NCBI GenBank assembly: GCA_048571215.1
Contig: CP182352.1
Coordinates: 1,024,001 to 1,088,000 of the forward strand
Length of the DNA stretch: 64,000 nt
DNA from: Halarcobacter sp.
GTDB taxonomy: Bacteria > Campylobacterota > Campylobacteria > Campylobacterales > Arcobacteraceae
Direction of reading: 5' to 3'
Under the pieces are notes generated by a model. That model was not told the DNA's origin and did not search any database. It worked only from the letters and a program-made list of their open reading frames with translations. Both the position numbers and the translations under genes were made by a program. The first letter of the stretch is position 1, and each line of letters starts with the position of its first letter. This document shows positions 28,645 to 38,467 of the stretch, in pieces.

Positions 28645-28662
28645 TGAGACAGTTATGAGACA
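28645..28662 (+). promoter_or_regulatory. Second TGAGACA-N4-TGAGACA box, upstream of the winged-helix gene
   Basis: TGAGACA-GTTA-TGAGACA, about 50 bp before the 28597 start. Confidence 0.7.
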
Positions 28663-28706
28663 ATACTTACAAAAATTTAAGAAATAATAAAAATTGAGTT
28701 ATTTTA

Positions 28707-29336
28707 TTATTTTTTATATAATAAAAATCTTTTTAAGAAACTCTCTCTTGTATATACTTTAGCCCCAAGGTCAATCTTATATTGAAGTTGTGGATGCCCT
28801 AAATTCCAGAGGCTATAGCCATTATTTTTCAAAAAATCATTCAATAATACAAGTTGAAGTTTTCCCCAATTGTTGTATTTTTTACTTTTTGTGGTAAACC
28901 CAGTTAATGATGTGTATGTTGTTCCAATTCTATAACCAATTTCACCAGAAACCAAAAAATTATCATTTTTATCATAGATTTCTGCAGAAATTAATTCAAA
29001 ATCTTTTATTGGTTTTGAATAATTCCTTATATTATTCAAAATAGTTGCATATTCGTTATTTATCCAAGAATCTTTATGATAATTTCTAATCTTATTTACC
29101 ACTTTATCAAAATTTTTATTTATATAAAATTTAAAATTATCATCTTTTAAAATTTTTTTTACTTTTCTAGGTATTTTAATCTCATCGAAATCTAAAATAG
29201 CATATTCATATTGTATCTCAGGCAATAAAATAAATCTATCTTCAAAATACATAGAGGTTGTAATAAATCCAGACTTCGCAGCTTCTATATAAAACTCAGG
29301 GGAATAATCATCACTCCAATAGTAATTCTCTTCCAT
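28707..29336 (-). CDS. Leucyl/phenylalanyl-tRNA--protein transferase-like protein
   Basis: INKNFDKVV...SWIN...SAEIY...SGEIGYRIGTTYTSLTGF...HPQLQYKIDLGAKVYTRESFL matches the Aat family pattern. Confidence 0.75.
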   Translation of the reverse strand: MEENYYWSDDYSPEFYIEAAKSGFITTSMYFEDRFILLPEIQYEYAILDFDEIKIPRKVKKILKDDNFKFYINKNFDKVVNKIRNYHKDSWINNEYATILNNIRNYSKPIKDFELISAEIYDKNDNFLVSGEIGYRIGTTYTSLTGFTTKSKKYNNWGKLQLVLLNDFLKNNGYSLWNLGHPQLQYKIDLGAKVYTRESFLKRFLLYKK

Positions 29337-29414
29337 ATTTGGGTAGATATGATTTTTTAAAAGTTCTTTATCTTGTAAGTTTTCTAAGCTTAAATAATAA
29401 ATTATACTAAATCC

Positions 29415-31202
29415 TTATATTAGTTGGTTTTTTATAAACTCCAAATAGTGACCCTCTTCCTCTTCTAACTCTTTATGTGTTCCTCTTTGAACAATTTTAC
29501 CATTATCTAAGACATATATTCTATTTGCATTTTTAACTGTACTCAATCTATGAGCTATTGTAATCACTGTTTTATCTTCTAAGATAGGCATTAAAGAGTT
29601 AAATAGTTTTACTTCTGTATGTACATCTAAAGCAGAAGTTGACTCATCAAATATAACAATTGATGGATTGGCTATGATCATTCTAGCTATTGAGAGTCTT
29701 TGTCTTTGACCACCACTTAATCTAATCCCATGTTTACCCACTATAGTTTCAAGCTTATTATCCATATTTAAAATGGTATCTTTTAATTGAGCTATATCTA
29801 AAGCCTTATAAATATCCTCATCACTTATATTTTCTCTTCCCATTGTGATATTAAATCTCAGGGTGTTATTAAATAGTATTGGCATTTGTAATACTAAAAA
29901 GAGTTCATCCCTAAGGGATTGTTTATTTATCTCATCAACACTTATATTGTTATAAGTAATATCTCCACTATTTTTAGTATAAAAGGTTGCAATAACTTGT
30001 GCTAAAGTTGTTTTACCACTTCCACTTGCTCCAATTAAAGCTATTTTTTCACCTGCATTTATATCTAAATTTATATCATTTAATATATTTTTATCTCCAT
30101 CATAAGAGAAAGATACCTTATGAAGTTTTATATCAACACCATTTTCATTTTTATTTAATATTTTAGAACCATTTTTTTCTATATTTAAAGATAAAATTCT
30201 ATTGAGTCTTTCAATTGCTGCATTTGCCGTTGTATATGCGTATTGCATTGATAATATATCTTGTACTGGAGTCATAATAAACCATATATATCCAAACATT
30301 GCAAACATCATACCAATACTCAAATCACTATAAGCAACCATCACCAAGCCACTAGCTCGTAAGATCTCAAAAGCTACTAAAAAGATAGTAAAGGAGAACC
30401 TTTCATAAGCTACACTTTTATAGCTATAGTTGTTTGATGTTTCTTGTATCTGTTTTGCTTTATTTATTGAGTCATTAAAAAAATAGTTCTCTTTATTGCT
30501 AGCTTTTATTTGTCCAAATAGTTCTAAAGATTCTGAAATATTATCTTGAAAACTTTCTATGGAGTTGTTCTCTATTTTTTTCAAAGTTCCCACTTGCTTA
30601 GAGATTTTTTTTGATAAAACCATAATTATAGGTTGGATAAATAAAATCATCAAACCCAAAACAGGATGAATTGCTATCATTACAATTGATACTGCAATTA
30701 AAGTTAAAACAGAAGATATAAATTTACTTGCACTTGTTATTATAAAGTTATCTAAAGTAGTAACATCAGTTATTAAATTGGCTGATATTGCACCACTTCC
30801 CAAGCTTTCGTACTCATTCATACATACATTTTTAAGGTGATTTATAAGTTTTTCTCTAATCTTAAAGGTTACATATTTTGATATTTTTGTAAAAATTTTT
30901 GTTGTAATTACTCCAAAAATAAAATGAAGAACTCTTAGTATGATTACAGCTAGGGTTACTATTGCAATATAATAAAAAGCATTCCCAGCTCCAAAAAAAT
31001 TATCTATATTATTTATAAAAAAAGCGGGTTTTTTAAGAAGTACTTCATCTACAAGGGCAGGGAGCATTAAAGGGATAGGGATACTTATTAAAATCCCTAT
31101 TATAGTAGCAAACTGACCAAAGATAAGAGTTTTTTTCTCATCTAAGAGTAGTTTGAATATATATCTAAAGTTAATTTTTTCCATAGAATTTTGGAATCTC
31201 AA
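29415..31202 (-). CDS. ABC exporter, fused permease + ATPase
   Basis: TM domain; GASGSGKT, LSGGQRQR, FDESTSALD, IAHRLST. Alternative start ATG 31184. Confidence 0.95.
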   Translation of the reverse strand: MRFQNSMEKINFRYIFKLLLDEKKTLIFGQFATIIGILISIPIPLMLPALVDEVLLKKPAFFINNIDNFFGAGNAFYYIAIVTLAVIILRVLHFIFGVITTKIFTKISKYVTFKIREKLINHLKNVCMNEYESLGSGAISANLITDVTTLDNFIITSASKFISSVLTLIAVSIVMIAIHPVLGLMILFIQPIIMVLSKKISKQVGTLKKIENNSIESFQDNISESLELFGQIKASNKENYFFNDSINKAKQIQETSNNYSYKSVAYERFSFTIFLVAFEILRASGLVMVAYSDLSIGMMFAMFGYIWFIMTPVQDILSMQYAYTTANAAIERLNRILSLNIEKNGSKILNKNENGVDIKLHKVSFSYDGDKNILNDINLDINAGEKIALIGASGSGKTTLAQVIATFYTKNSGDITYNNISVDEINKQSLRDELFLVLQMPILFNNTLRFNITMGRENISDEDIYKALDIAQLKDTILNMDNKLETIVGKHGIRLSGGQRQRLSIARMIIANPSIVIFDESTSALDVHTEVKLFNSLMPILEDKTVITIAHRLSTVKNANRIYVLDNGKIVQRGTHKELEEEEGHYLEFIKNQLI

Positions 31203-31486
31203 TCAGTAAGACTCTCGCAAATATCCACTTTCATTCCCTCATGATATTTACAATTAAGACCACATTTATAAGTACCGCTTGTTTCTAAACCTAACTTAAC
31301 AAGTTCTGCTTTTGAAGCTTCTTGGCACTGTTCTAATTTAGGATAAACACCGATTTTTTTACTTCTTTTTGTATTGTTCTTATCTGGATAGATTAGGGCA
31401 GACCACTCTTTTTTACTATCACCACCCCCTATGCACCCTGTAAGTAATAAGCTTAATAAAACTGAAAGTAAAACAATTTTTTTCAT
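31199..31486 (-). CDS. Hypothetical lipoprotein
   Basis: Lipobox LLLTGC; four further Cys. Confidence 0.8.
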   Translation of the reverse strand: MKKIVLLSVLLSLLLTGCIGGGDSKKEWSALIYPDKNNTKRSKKIGVYPKLEQCQEASKAELVKLGLETSGTYKCGLNCKYHEGMKVDICESLTD

Positions 31487-31624
31487 ATTCTCTCTTTGTA
31501 TTTTTTGATGATTTTAGTATAAACTATATTAAATTTCTTTTTAAAACTCTTTTGAAACCGTTTGTTTTACGATTATTCTACAATTTTTATGGTATTATTA
31601 CAAAAATATTTGAAGAGATTATAT

Positions 31625-31852
31625 ATGAAAAGATTTTTAGTATTATTATTTACAATTACTTTTTTTATTACAAGTTTGCATGCAGAGGATTACTCTGAAA
31701 TGAGTACACAAGAGCTAATAGCCATAATGGGATATGTGAAAAAAGAAAACCAATTTAAATTCCAAAAAGAGCTAAAAAGTAGAGTTCCTACAATGAATGA
31801 AAATGAAAAAAAGAAATATCAAGAAAATTTAAAGAAAAATAAAAACAAATGA
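31625..31852 (+). CDS. DUF1104-like small periplasmic protein
   Basis: Signal peptide then AEDYSEMSTQELIAIMG...ELKSR...M; start ATG 31625. Confidence 0.75.
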   Translation: MKRFLVLLFTITFFITSLHAEDYSEMSTQELIAIMGYVKKENQFKFQKELKSRVPTMNENEKKKYQENLKKNKNK

Positions 31853-32517
31853 AAACAAAACTATTACTTTTAGAGGATGATTTTACTTTAAATGAAACTA
31901 TAGTTGACTATTTTGAGGAGCAAGGTTTTACAGTTGTTCCAGTTTTCGATGGACAGGAGGCTTTAGAAGTTGTTTATGAAAATAGTTTTGATCTATTTTT
32001 ATTTGATGTAAATGTCCCTTCCTTAAATGGTTTTGAACTACTTAAACAAATAAGAGAGTATAACAACAACACCCCAGCAATTTTTATAACTTCACTTAAC
32101 TCTATGGATTCTTTGGAAGAGGGCTTTAAAAGTGGATGTGATGATTATATTAGAAAACCTTTTGAGTTAAAAGAGCTACTTTTAAGGGTTCAAACTATTA
32201 TTAAAAGGGAGTTTTCAAATAAATCAGAAGAGATTAAAATAGATGATAATATTGTTTTTAATACCTCTAATAACGAACTAATAAAAGATAATGAGGTTGT
32301 TCCTTTAAATTTCAAAGAGTTAAAGCTTTTAAAATTTTTTTTACAAAATAAAGACCAACTTCTAATCCACGATAGAATCTACGATTATGTTTGGGAGTAT
32401 GATGAACAATATAGTGATAACTCCCTAAGAACTTATATTAAAAACTTAAGAAAAGTGTTGGGAAAAGATAGAATTGTTAGTCTTAAAAAGCTTGGATATC
32501 GATTTAACACAAAGTGA
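31849..32517 (+). CDS. OmpR-family response regulator (DccR/CrdR-like)
   Basis: LLLEDD, FDVNVP, YIRKPF and winged helix LRTYIKNLRK. Confidence 0.93.
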   Translation: MKTKLLLLEDDFTLNETIVDYFEEQGFTVVPVFDGQEALEVVYENSFDLFLFDVNVPSLNGFELLKQIREYNNNTPAIFITSLNSMDSLEEGFKSGCDDYIRKPFELKELLLRVQTIIKREFSNKSEEIKIDDNIVFNTSNNELIKDNEVVPLNFKELKLLKFFLQNKDQLLIHDRIYDYVWEYDEQYSDNSLRTYIKNLRKVLGKDRIVSLKKLGYRFNTK

Positions 32518-33667
32518 AAAAAGAACCCTCTTAGGTTTTTTGACCCTATACTCTTTTTTAACTATTGTAATTTTATTTTTTATTTCTTATTTATATTTCA
32601 ACTTAGAAAAAAATATCATGCTTCAAGAAAAAAGGGTTTTGCTTCAAGAATACTCAAATGATTTGATTTTTAGACTCAAAGATTTACATATCAATTTTGA
32701 TAAATACAAATTTTATCCTAGGGATGAGAAGTTTAAATCAGCTATTTATGATAGTGATAAAAAAAAGATTTTTTCAACTTTGGATGAACCAAAAGTTCAA
32801 CTAAAAAAAGTGATTTATACTGTTGGTTCAAAAATACATTTTATAAAAGAACCAGAATCATACTATTTAGGTGCGAAATATGTTGTATTAGAGATATCTG
32901 ATGATAAGGTTTGGCTTGAAAAGGTAAAAAAAGAGATATTTATATTTGTTGTTATTGCTTTTATCTTTATGACCTTTTTTGGATACTTCTTATTAAAGCT
33001 GTTTTTAAAGCCTATGAGAGACTCTTTACATCTATTAGATAGATTCATTAAAGATACTACCCATGAGCTAAATACCCCCATCTCTGCTATTTTAACCAAT
33101 GTAGAAATGATAGATATAAATAGTTTGGATGAAAAGTTGGCAAAAAAGATAAAAAGGATAGATATTGGGGCAAAAACCATATCTAATATCTATGAGGATT
33201 TGACCTTTTTAACCCTAAGCAATAAAATCATTTCTCAAAATGAACTTTTAGATTTATCTAAAATAGTAAAACAAAGAGTAGAGTATTTTAAAACCTTAGC
33301 TGATGTAAAAAAACTTAGTTTAAAAAGTTTTATTGATGAAGATGTAACAATGGTTTGTGATCTTAAAAAGATATCAAAACTTATAGATAATCTTTTATCA
33401 AATGCTATAAAGTACAATAAGATTAAAGGTTCTATAACCATTATCCTAAAAGATAATTATTTATCTATAGAAGATACAGGAAAAGGGATATCTAAAAAGC
33501 AAATCTCACAACTATTTCAAAGATATAAAAGGTTTGATAAAAGTGTTGGAGGGTTTGGTATTGGTTTAAATATTGTTTCAATGATTGCAAAAGAGTATGA
33601 ACTTAAAATAGAAGTTAAATCAGAAGAAAATAAGGGAACTAAAATGGAGATACGATGGGAAAATTGA
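32474..33667 (+). CDS. Sensor histidine kinase (DccS/CrdS-like)
   Basis: Two TMs, FIKDTTHELNTP, NLLSNAIKY, GGFGIGL. Alternative start TTG 32492. Confidence 0.93.
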   Translation: MLVLKSLDIDLTQSEKRTLLGFLTLYSFLTIVILFFISYLYFNLEKNIMLQEKRVLLQEYSNDLIFRLKDLHINFDKYKFYPRDEKFKSAIYDSDKKKIFSTLDEPKVQLKKVIYTVGSKIHFIKEPESYYLGAKYVVLEISDDKVWLEKVKKEIFIFVVIAFIFMTFFGYFLLKLFLKPMRDSLHLLDRFIKDTTHELNTPISAILTNVEMIDINSLDEKLAKKIKRIDIGAKTISNIYEDLTFLTLSNKIISQNELLDLSKIVKQRVEYFKTLADVKKLSLKSFIDEDVTMVCDLKKISKLIDNLLSNAIKYNKIKGSITIILKDNYLSIEDTGKGISKKQISQLFQRYKRFDKSVGGFGIGLNIVSMIAKEYELKIEVKSEENKGTKMEIRWEN

Positions 33668-33984
33668 TTTTTTTATTTGTTATATTAACAACTCTTTTAA
33701 ATGCAAGTGTATATGAAACAAACTGCGTATTTTGTCACAAGAAATTGCCAGTTTCTATTGATAAATATTTTTATAGATATCTTTTAAAATATAGTAGTGA
33801 AAAAAGTGTAAAAAGTGCTATGCACGATTATCTTCAAAAACCATCAAAAGAAAAAACAATTATGCCAGAAGCTTTTATAAAAAGATTTGGAATCAAAAAA
33901 GCAACAAAACTCAATGAAAAGCAGCTAAATGAGGCTTTAGATTCATATTGGGAAAAGTACAAAGTATTTGGAAAACTCAAATAA
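33655..33984 (+). CDS. Exported monoheme cytochrome c-like protein
   Basis: Signal peptide, CVFCH, distal IMP. Confidence 0.7.
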   Translation: MGKLIFLFVILTTLLNASVYETNCVFCHKKLPVSIDKYFYRYLLKYSSEKSVKSAMHDYLQKPSKEKTIMPEAFIKRFGIKKATKLNEKQLNEALDSYWEKYKVFGKLK

Positions 33985-34002
33985 ACTTTTTATAGATAAT
34001 TT

Positions 34003-34035
34003 ATCCACAATCAATTCACAATTAGATTTTATACT
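34003..34035 (+). promoter_or_regulatory. DccR-type direct repeat over the -35 region plus -10 of the cytochrome c553 gene
   Basis: ATCCAC-N6-TTCACA (34003-34020) followed by TATACT (34030-34035). Confidence 0.6.
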
Positions 34036-34062
34036 TCTTACATAAAAATTAAGGAGTATTAA

Positions 34063-34365
34063 ATGAAAACTACAAAAATTTTAGCAGGTATATTAATCCT
34101 AGGAGCGGCATCACTTTTTGCAAGCGATGGAGCAAATATTTATAAAGCATGTGCAACATGTCATGGTGCAAACGCTGAGAAACATGCATTAGGAAAATCT
34201 CAAGTTATTCAAGGTTGGGATGTAGCAAAAGTTGAAAAAGCTCTACATGGTTATAAAGATGGATCTTATGGCGGACCTATGAAAGGTGTTATGAAAGGTC
34301 AAGTTGCAAGACTATCTGATGCAGATATAAAAGCAGTTGCAGAACATATTGCCTCATTAAAATAG
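34063..34365 (+). CDS. Cytochrome c553
   Basis: Signal peptide, CATCHG, YGGPMKGVMKGQ. Confidence 0.93.
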   Translation: MKTTKILAGILILGAASLFASDGANIYKACATCHGANAEKHALGKSQVIQGWDVAKVEKALHGYKDGSYGGPMKGVMKGQVARLSDADIKAVAEHIASLK

Positions 34366-34389
34366 GCTAATAAAGTAAAAGGATAGATT

Positions 34390-34944
34390 ATGAAACGATT
34401 ATCTCTAATATTAGTTTTTTTAGTATCATCTTTATTTGCACAAGGGGATAGGTTTTATGATTTTGCAAAGGTGACTTATTCTCAACCTATTTATGATTAT
34501 GTATATGATAGGGGGAATCCCCATAGAGAGTGTAGAGAAGTTAGAAAAAAAGTAAGAGATTATGATGATGGATATTATTCTAATTCTAATTATAACGACT
34601 CTCTGGGCGTAGATACTTTAGTTGGTGTTGCCTCAGGAGCTATTTTAGGTAGCCAAATAGGAAAAGGCAATGGACGAGTAGCTGCACAAATTGTGGGTGG
34701 TTTACTTGGAGCTAAAGTTGCCCATGAGATTAGAAACAATTATAAACCATCTTCAAGATACAATGATAATTATAGGGATGATAGATATGTTACTACTACA
34801 GAGTGTTATAACACTTATGATAAGGTAAAAAGAAAAGTTATCTCTGGATATAAAAACTATTTTGTTTATAATGGAACTGAACACTTTAAAATTACTGACA
34901 GACCAATTAGAAAAGTAAGAATAACTCACACAATAAATTACTAA
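34390..34944 (+). CDS. Glycine-zipper 2TM exported protein
   Basis: GVASGAILGSQIGKGNGRVAAQIVGGLLGA; paired Cys. Confidence 0.88.
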   Translation: MKRLSLILVFLVSSLFAQGDRFYDFAKVTYSQPIYDYVYDRGNPHRECREVRKKVRDYDDGYYSNSNYNDSLGVDTLVGVASGAILGSQIGKGNGRVAAQIVGGLLGAKVAHEIRNNYKPSSRYNDNYRDDRYVTTTECYNTYDKVKRKVISGYKNYFVYNGTEHFKITDRPIRKVRITHTINY

Positions 34945-34971
34945 AAGAGTAAAGAGCTTCTCTTTACTCTT
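34945..34971. terminator. Bidirectional terminator
   Basis: AAGAGTAAAGAG-CTT-CTCTTTACTCTT between convergent genes. Confidence 0.8.
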
Positions 34972-35800
34972 AAGATAGAAGTCTAGTTACAATATTTTGA
35001 TTTATATTATTTGATTGTGCTGCTGCATATGCACCAATTTGTGCTAATACATTTTGTTTACTAAAATTAGAAACCTCTTTTGCATAATCAACATTTGTCA
35101 ATATAGAACTTGATTCTCTTGTTTGTGTATATTGAGTTAAAAGATTTGTTGATGCACTTTCAAGTTGATTTTGTGTTGAACCAAACTCTCCTCTATAATC
35201 ATTTACTGTGTTAATCGCATCATCAACTTTATCCAAAAAACTTCTTGCAGTTGATGAGTCAAAATTTGAAGGGTCTTGATTTAGTAAATCTTGCAATCCA
35301 ACACCTACAGTATTTGATTGTACACTTCCTGATTCAATTATATTTTCTCCGTCAGTTCCCACTTGAAACTGTTGTCCTTGGGTAGCACTTTGATCATCAC
35401 TTCCATTTTGTAATAAAGTTTCACCATTATAGTTCGTACTACTTGCTATATTGTCAAAATTTTTAAGCAAATCTTGTATATCTGTTAATAAAGCTTCTCT
35501 ACCATCTTGAGAAGTAGTATCTGTAGATGCTTGTAAAAGTTTTTCTTTTACCGTATCTAATATACTTGATTGTTCCGCTATAGCTTTATCACCAATTTGA
35601 GTTAAAGCAATAGCACTATTAGTATTATCTATTGATTGAGATAATCCACTAGCTTCTACATTTAAATTTGTGGCAATAGCTAAAGCTGAAGCATTATCAG
35701 CTGCACTTCCAACTTCTAAACCTGTTGCAATCCTATTTAAAGATTGATTTAGATTTAAATAAGGACTCTGGTTAAGTTGTACATTGTTACTTATTTCCAT
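34970..35800 (-). CDS. Short flagellin-family protein
   Basis: RIATGL..SAADNAS, TNYNGETLL, FQVG, RGEFGSTQNQLE, DYAKEVSNF. Start ATG 35800 after AAGGAG. Confidence 0.9.
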   Translation of the reverse strand: MEISNNVQLNQSPYLNLNQSLNRIATGLEVGSAADNASALAIATNLNVEASGLSQSIDNTNSAIALTQIGDKAIAEQSSILDTVKEKLLQASTDTTSQDGREALLTDIQDLLKNFDNIASSTNYNGETLLQNGSDDQSATQGQQFQVGTDGENIIESGSVQSNTVGVGLQDLLNQDPSNFDSSTARSFLDKVDDAINTVNDYRGEFGSTQNQLESASTNLLTQYTQTRESSSILTNVDYAKEVSNFSKQNVLAQIGAYAAAQSNNINQNIVTRLLS

Positions 35801-35885
35801 AGTATACTCCTTATACATTTCTTATACTACATTTTATTACTTATAAGATTAAGGGAATATTAAGCGTGAAAATTAGTTATTTTTA

Positions 35886-37175
35886 CTATTTCTTATTTTT
35901 TGGAGAGTCATTTAACTCAGATGCACTTTTAATAATATCTATACCAAACTTGTTTCTAAGTTTTTGTATTTGATTTGATAGTTCTCTTTTTTTTAAGTCA
36001 TTTTCATATTCAAAAATATTATAGGTAAACTCTTTAGGTTTTGAGAAGTTATATACAGTAAGATTTAGTTGCACCACCCCGTGTGAAGGGTGTGTGTCGT
36101 TTTCCATAAAAAGTTTTTGAGTATTGTATTTAAAGTCAGTTTCATTGAAAATTCTATTTACATTTATAAAGGCTTTAGATTTTGTATTTGATTCATATTT
36201 GATTTTTATAGCATAAGTTAGAGGATTCACTTGGGCTTTTTTTACCAAAAAACATAGGTACCTACTTAAAATTATTACTCTTCTTTTAAGTTCTTCTCTA
36301 TCATAGATTGTATCAAAGGTTCTACCTATACCTATAGACTTTTTATCTTTTTGCAAGGCTATTTGATTGTCGTTTATTCCACAAACTTTATTATATAGTT
36401 CAATTCCTGGCTTCTTCCAAGAATAAAAAAGATTTTTTTTACTCTCTATATCACCCAAAGTTCGTATCCCATACCCTTTTAATCTATTTTGGTAAGCTTT
36501 TCCAATACCTGGAAACTCTCCTACAGGTATATCTTTTATAAACTCTTTTATATCATCTTTGGCTACATATTTTATCCCATTTGGTTTGGCATATTCTGTT
36601 ATAAGTTTTGATAGATATTTTGAGTGAGCTATTCCTATTGATATAGGTAGGTCAAGCTCTTTTTTTATCTTTTGTTTTAATTTTAAAGCGAACTCTTCAA
36701 CTTCGTCATCTTTTAAATATCCCGTTAAATCTCCAAAAAATTCATCTATAGAAAGTTGCTCAACCAAAGGTATCTCATGCTCCAAAAGTTTTAGAAGTTT
36801 ATGGGAAAGTTCATGGTACAAAGGATAATTTGGTGGTACCATTTTTAGATTTGGGCAGAGTCTAAGTGCCTCATTTACACTCATGGCAGTTTTTACCCCA
36901 TAGGCTCTTGCCTCATAAGAGGAGGTTGTTATTATCCCTCTTATTCTTCCATTTTCATCTACAAAATACTCTTTAAAACTTTTCTGTCCCTCATTTGTTA
37001 GAATAGTACTTATAAAAGCACCACTATTTTCACTAATCTCTCTTTTCTCTTTTTGTGAAGAGAAAATATTAAGATTGCTTCTACCTCCAACGGCAGCTGG
37101 AATATTTTCTAAACTTTTATCTAAAGTTCTATGGGCAGATATAAAAAAACAGTCTAAATCTAGGTGTAAAAACAT
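35886..37175 (-). CDS. dinB: DNA polymerase IV (Y family)
   Basis: HLDLDCFF, SYEARAYGV, SIDEFF, KPNG, PGIG. Confidence 0.95.
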   Translation of the reverse strand: MFLHLDLDCFFISAHRTLDKSLENIPAAVGGRSNLNIFSSQKEKREISENSGAFISTILTNEGQKSFKEYFVDENGRIRGIITTSSYEARAYGVKTAMSVNEALRLCPNLKMVPPNYPLYHELSHKLLKLLEHEIPLVEQLSIDEFFGDLTGYLKDDEVEEFALKLKQKIKKELDLPISIGIAHSKYLSKLITEYAKPNGIKYVAKDDIKEFIKDIPVGEFPGIGKAYQNRLKGYGIRTLGDIESKKNLFYSWKKPGIELYNKVCGINDNQIALQKDKKSIGIGRTFDTIYDREELKRRVIILSRYLCFLVKKAQVNPLTYAIKIKYESNTKSKAFINVNRIFNETDFKYNTQKLFMENDTHPSHGVVQLNLTVYNFSKPKEFTYNIFEYENDLKKRELSNQIQKLRNKFGIDIIKSASELNDSPKNKK

Positions 37176-37234
37176 AATGAAAGTTTACCACAATATGTTT
37201 CAAATTGCAATAAAATTTCAATATGTAATAAATA

Positions 37235-38314
37235 TTATATTTGATAGTCTGGCGTGTTATCTTTCCATTCAAAGATAAAACACATAGGAAGCTGATTTTT
37301 TTTGTTTAAGATTATAGCTGTTATGGTTGCAGATATAAAAATAGAGATAATAGCAACAGCTGAAGCTAAAGCAAGGGTTGACATACCTGTTAAACCTTGT
37401 CCAACAGTACAACCAATAGACATAACTCCACCAGTACCCATCAAAGCTCCACCAAACATATTGTATTTTATTCTGTTTTCACTTTTTGCAGCAGTACATC
37501 CAAAGCTATATTTTTTATTTGCTTTTGCCATAAAAAATGCCCCAAAAACAACACCTAATACTAAACTAATAGAAAAACTTAATTGATTTACTTGATAGTA
37601 TGCAAAAAGTTCTATGGTTTTAGCAGTTGGATAGATAAAAGAAACACTCTCTAAGTTTACTATTCTTTCAATACTCTCAGCACCTATAACTCCAGTGATA
37701 TACCAACCTGCTGATATAAGCAAGCCTAAAATTGCCCCATCCCATAAACTTGGAAGTCTTTTTATCTTTTTAACTAAAATCATAAGTAAAACAATAAGTA
37801 AAGCAGCTACAAAATAGATATTCATGGTGATATTTCCAAGTTGTGCAGACCAGTCAAGCAAAGTTTGGTTGTTTATTATTGGATTGAAAATCTCTCTTGT
37901 AAAACCTCTTACTGTAGCAAAAGCAAAAATACCTACAAACAAAAGGGTGATTAAAGAGTTTGTATCCCCTTGTGCAAATTTGACTAATTGTCTATTGCTA
38001 CAACCATCTGCAAACATCATTCCTATACCAAATAGTATCCCACCTAAGGCTATAGAAAAGTAGTTTAGATTGTCTCTATAATAGTTTGAATCACTTAAAT
38101 CAATCTCAAAATATTTTGAAACTATAGCAGTAGAGATAATAGCAACAATCATTGCCATAATAACTGATGAACCTCTCATTGTAGATTTTGTTAACATATA
38201 ATCTTTTATAGAACCACTAAAACAAAACTGCTTTTTTTGTCCAATAGCTCCAAAGGCAAGACCTAAGATAAATCCTAATATATTAACTAACTGAAAAACT
38301 TCTAAATCTGGCAT
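37235..38314 (-). CDS. YeeE/YedE family sulfur-compound transporter
   Basis: QFCFSG, DGCSNR and GCTVGQG cysteine motifs; start ATG 38314 after AGGA. Confidence 0.9.
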   Translation of the reverse strand: MPDLEVFQLVNILGFILGLAFGAIGQKKQFCFSGSIKDYMLTKSTMRGSSVIMAMIVAIISTAIVSKYFEIDLSDSNYYRDNLNYFSIALGGILFGIGMMFADGCSNRQLVKFAQGDTNSLITLLFVGIFAFATVRGFTREIFNPIINNQTLLDWSAQLGNITMNIYFVAALLIVLLMILVKKIKRLPSLWDGAILGLLISAGWYITGVIGAESIERIVNLESVSFIYPTAKTIELFAYYQVNQLSFSISLVLGVVFGAFFMAKANKKYSFGCTAAKSENRIKYNMFGGALMGTGGVMSIGCTVGQGLTGMSTLALASAVAIISIFISATITAIILNKKNQLPMCFIFEWKDNTPDYQI

Positions 38315-38434
38315 TATAAATCCTATATATAATATTCTCTTATGTTCTAAATAATTTTGCATTATAGAGTAATTTTAATAAATCTAATAAAACCTATAGA
38401 ATTTATGGTAATTTTTTAAGAATATTTAAAAGAT

Positions 38435-38464
38435 AAAGGGTCATAAACTTTTTTATGACCCTTT
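38435..38464 (-). terminator. Intrinsic terminator of the dienelactone hydrolase gene
   Basis: AAAGGGTCATAAA-CTTT-TTTATGACCCTTT immediately after the stop codon. Confidence 0.75.
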
Positions 38465-38467
38465 TTA

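Noticed and set aside
34001..34009. Perfect DnaA box TTATCCACA
   Set aside because: It is a single copy with no oriC context and overlaps a DccR-type direct repeat, which is the better explanation.
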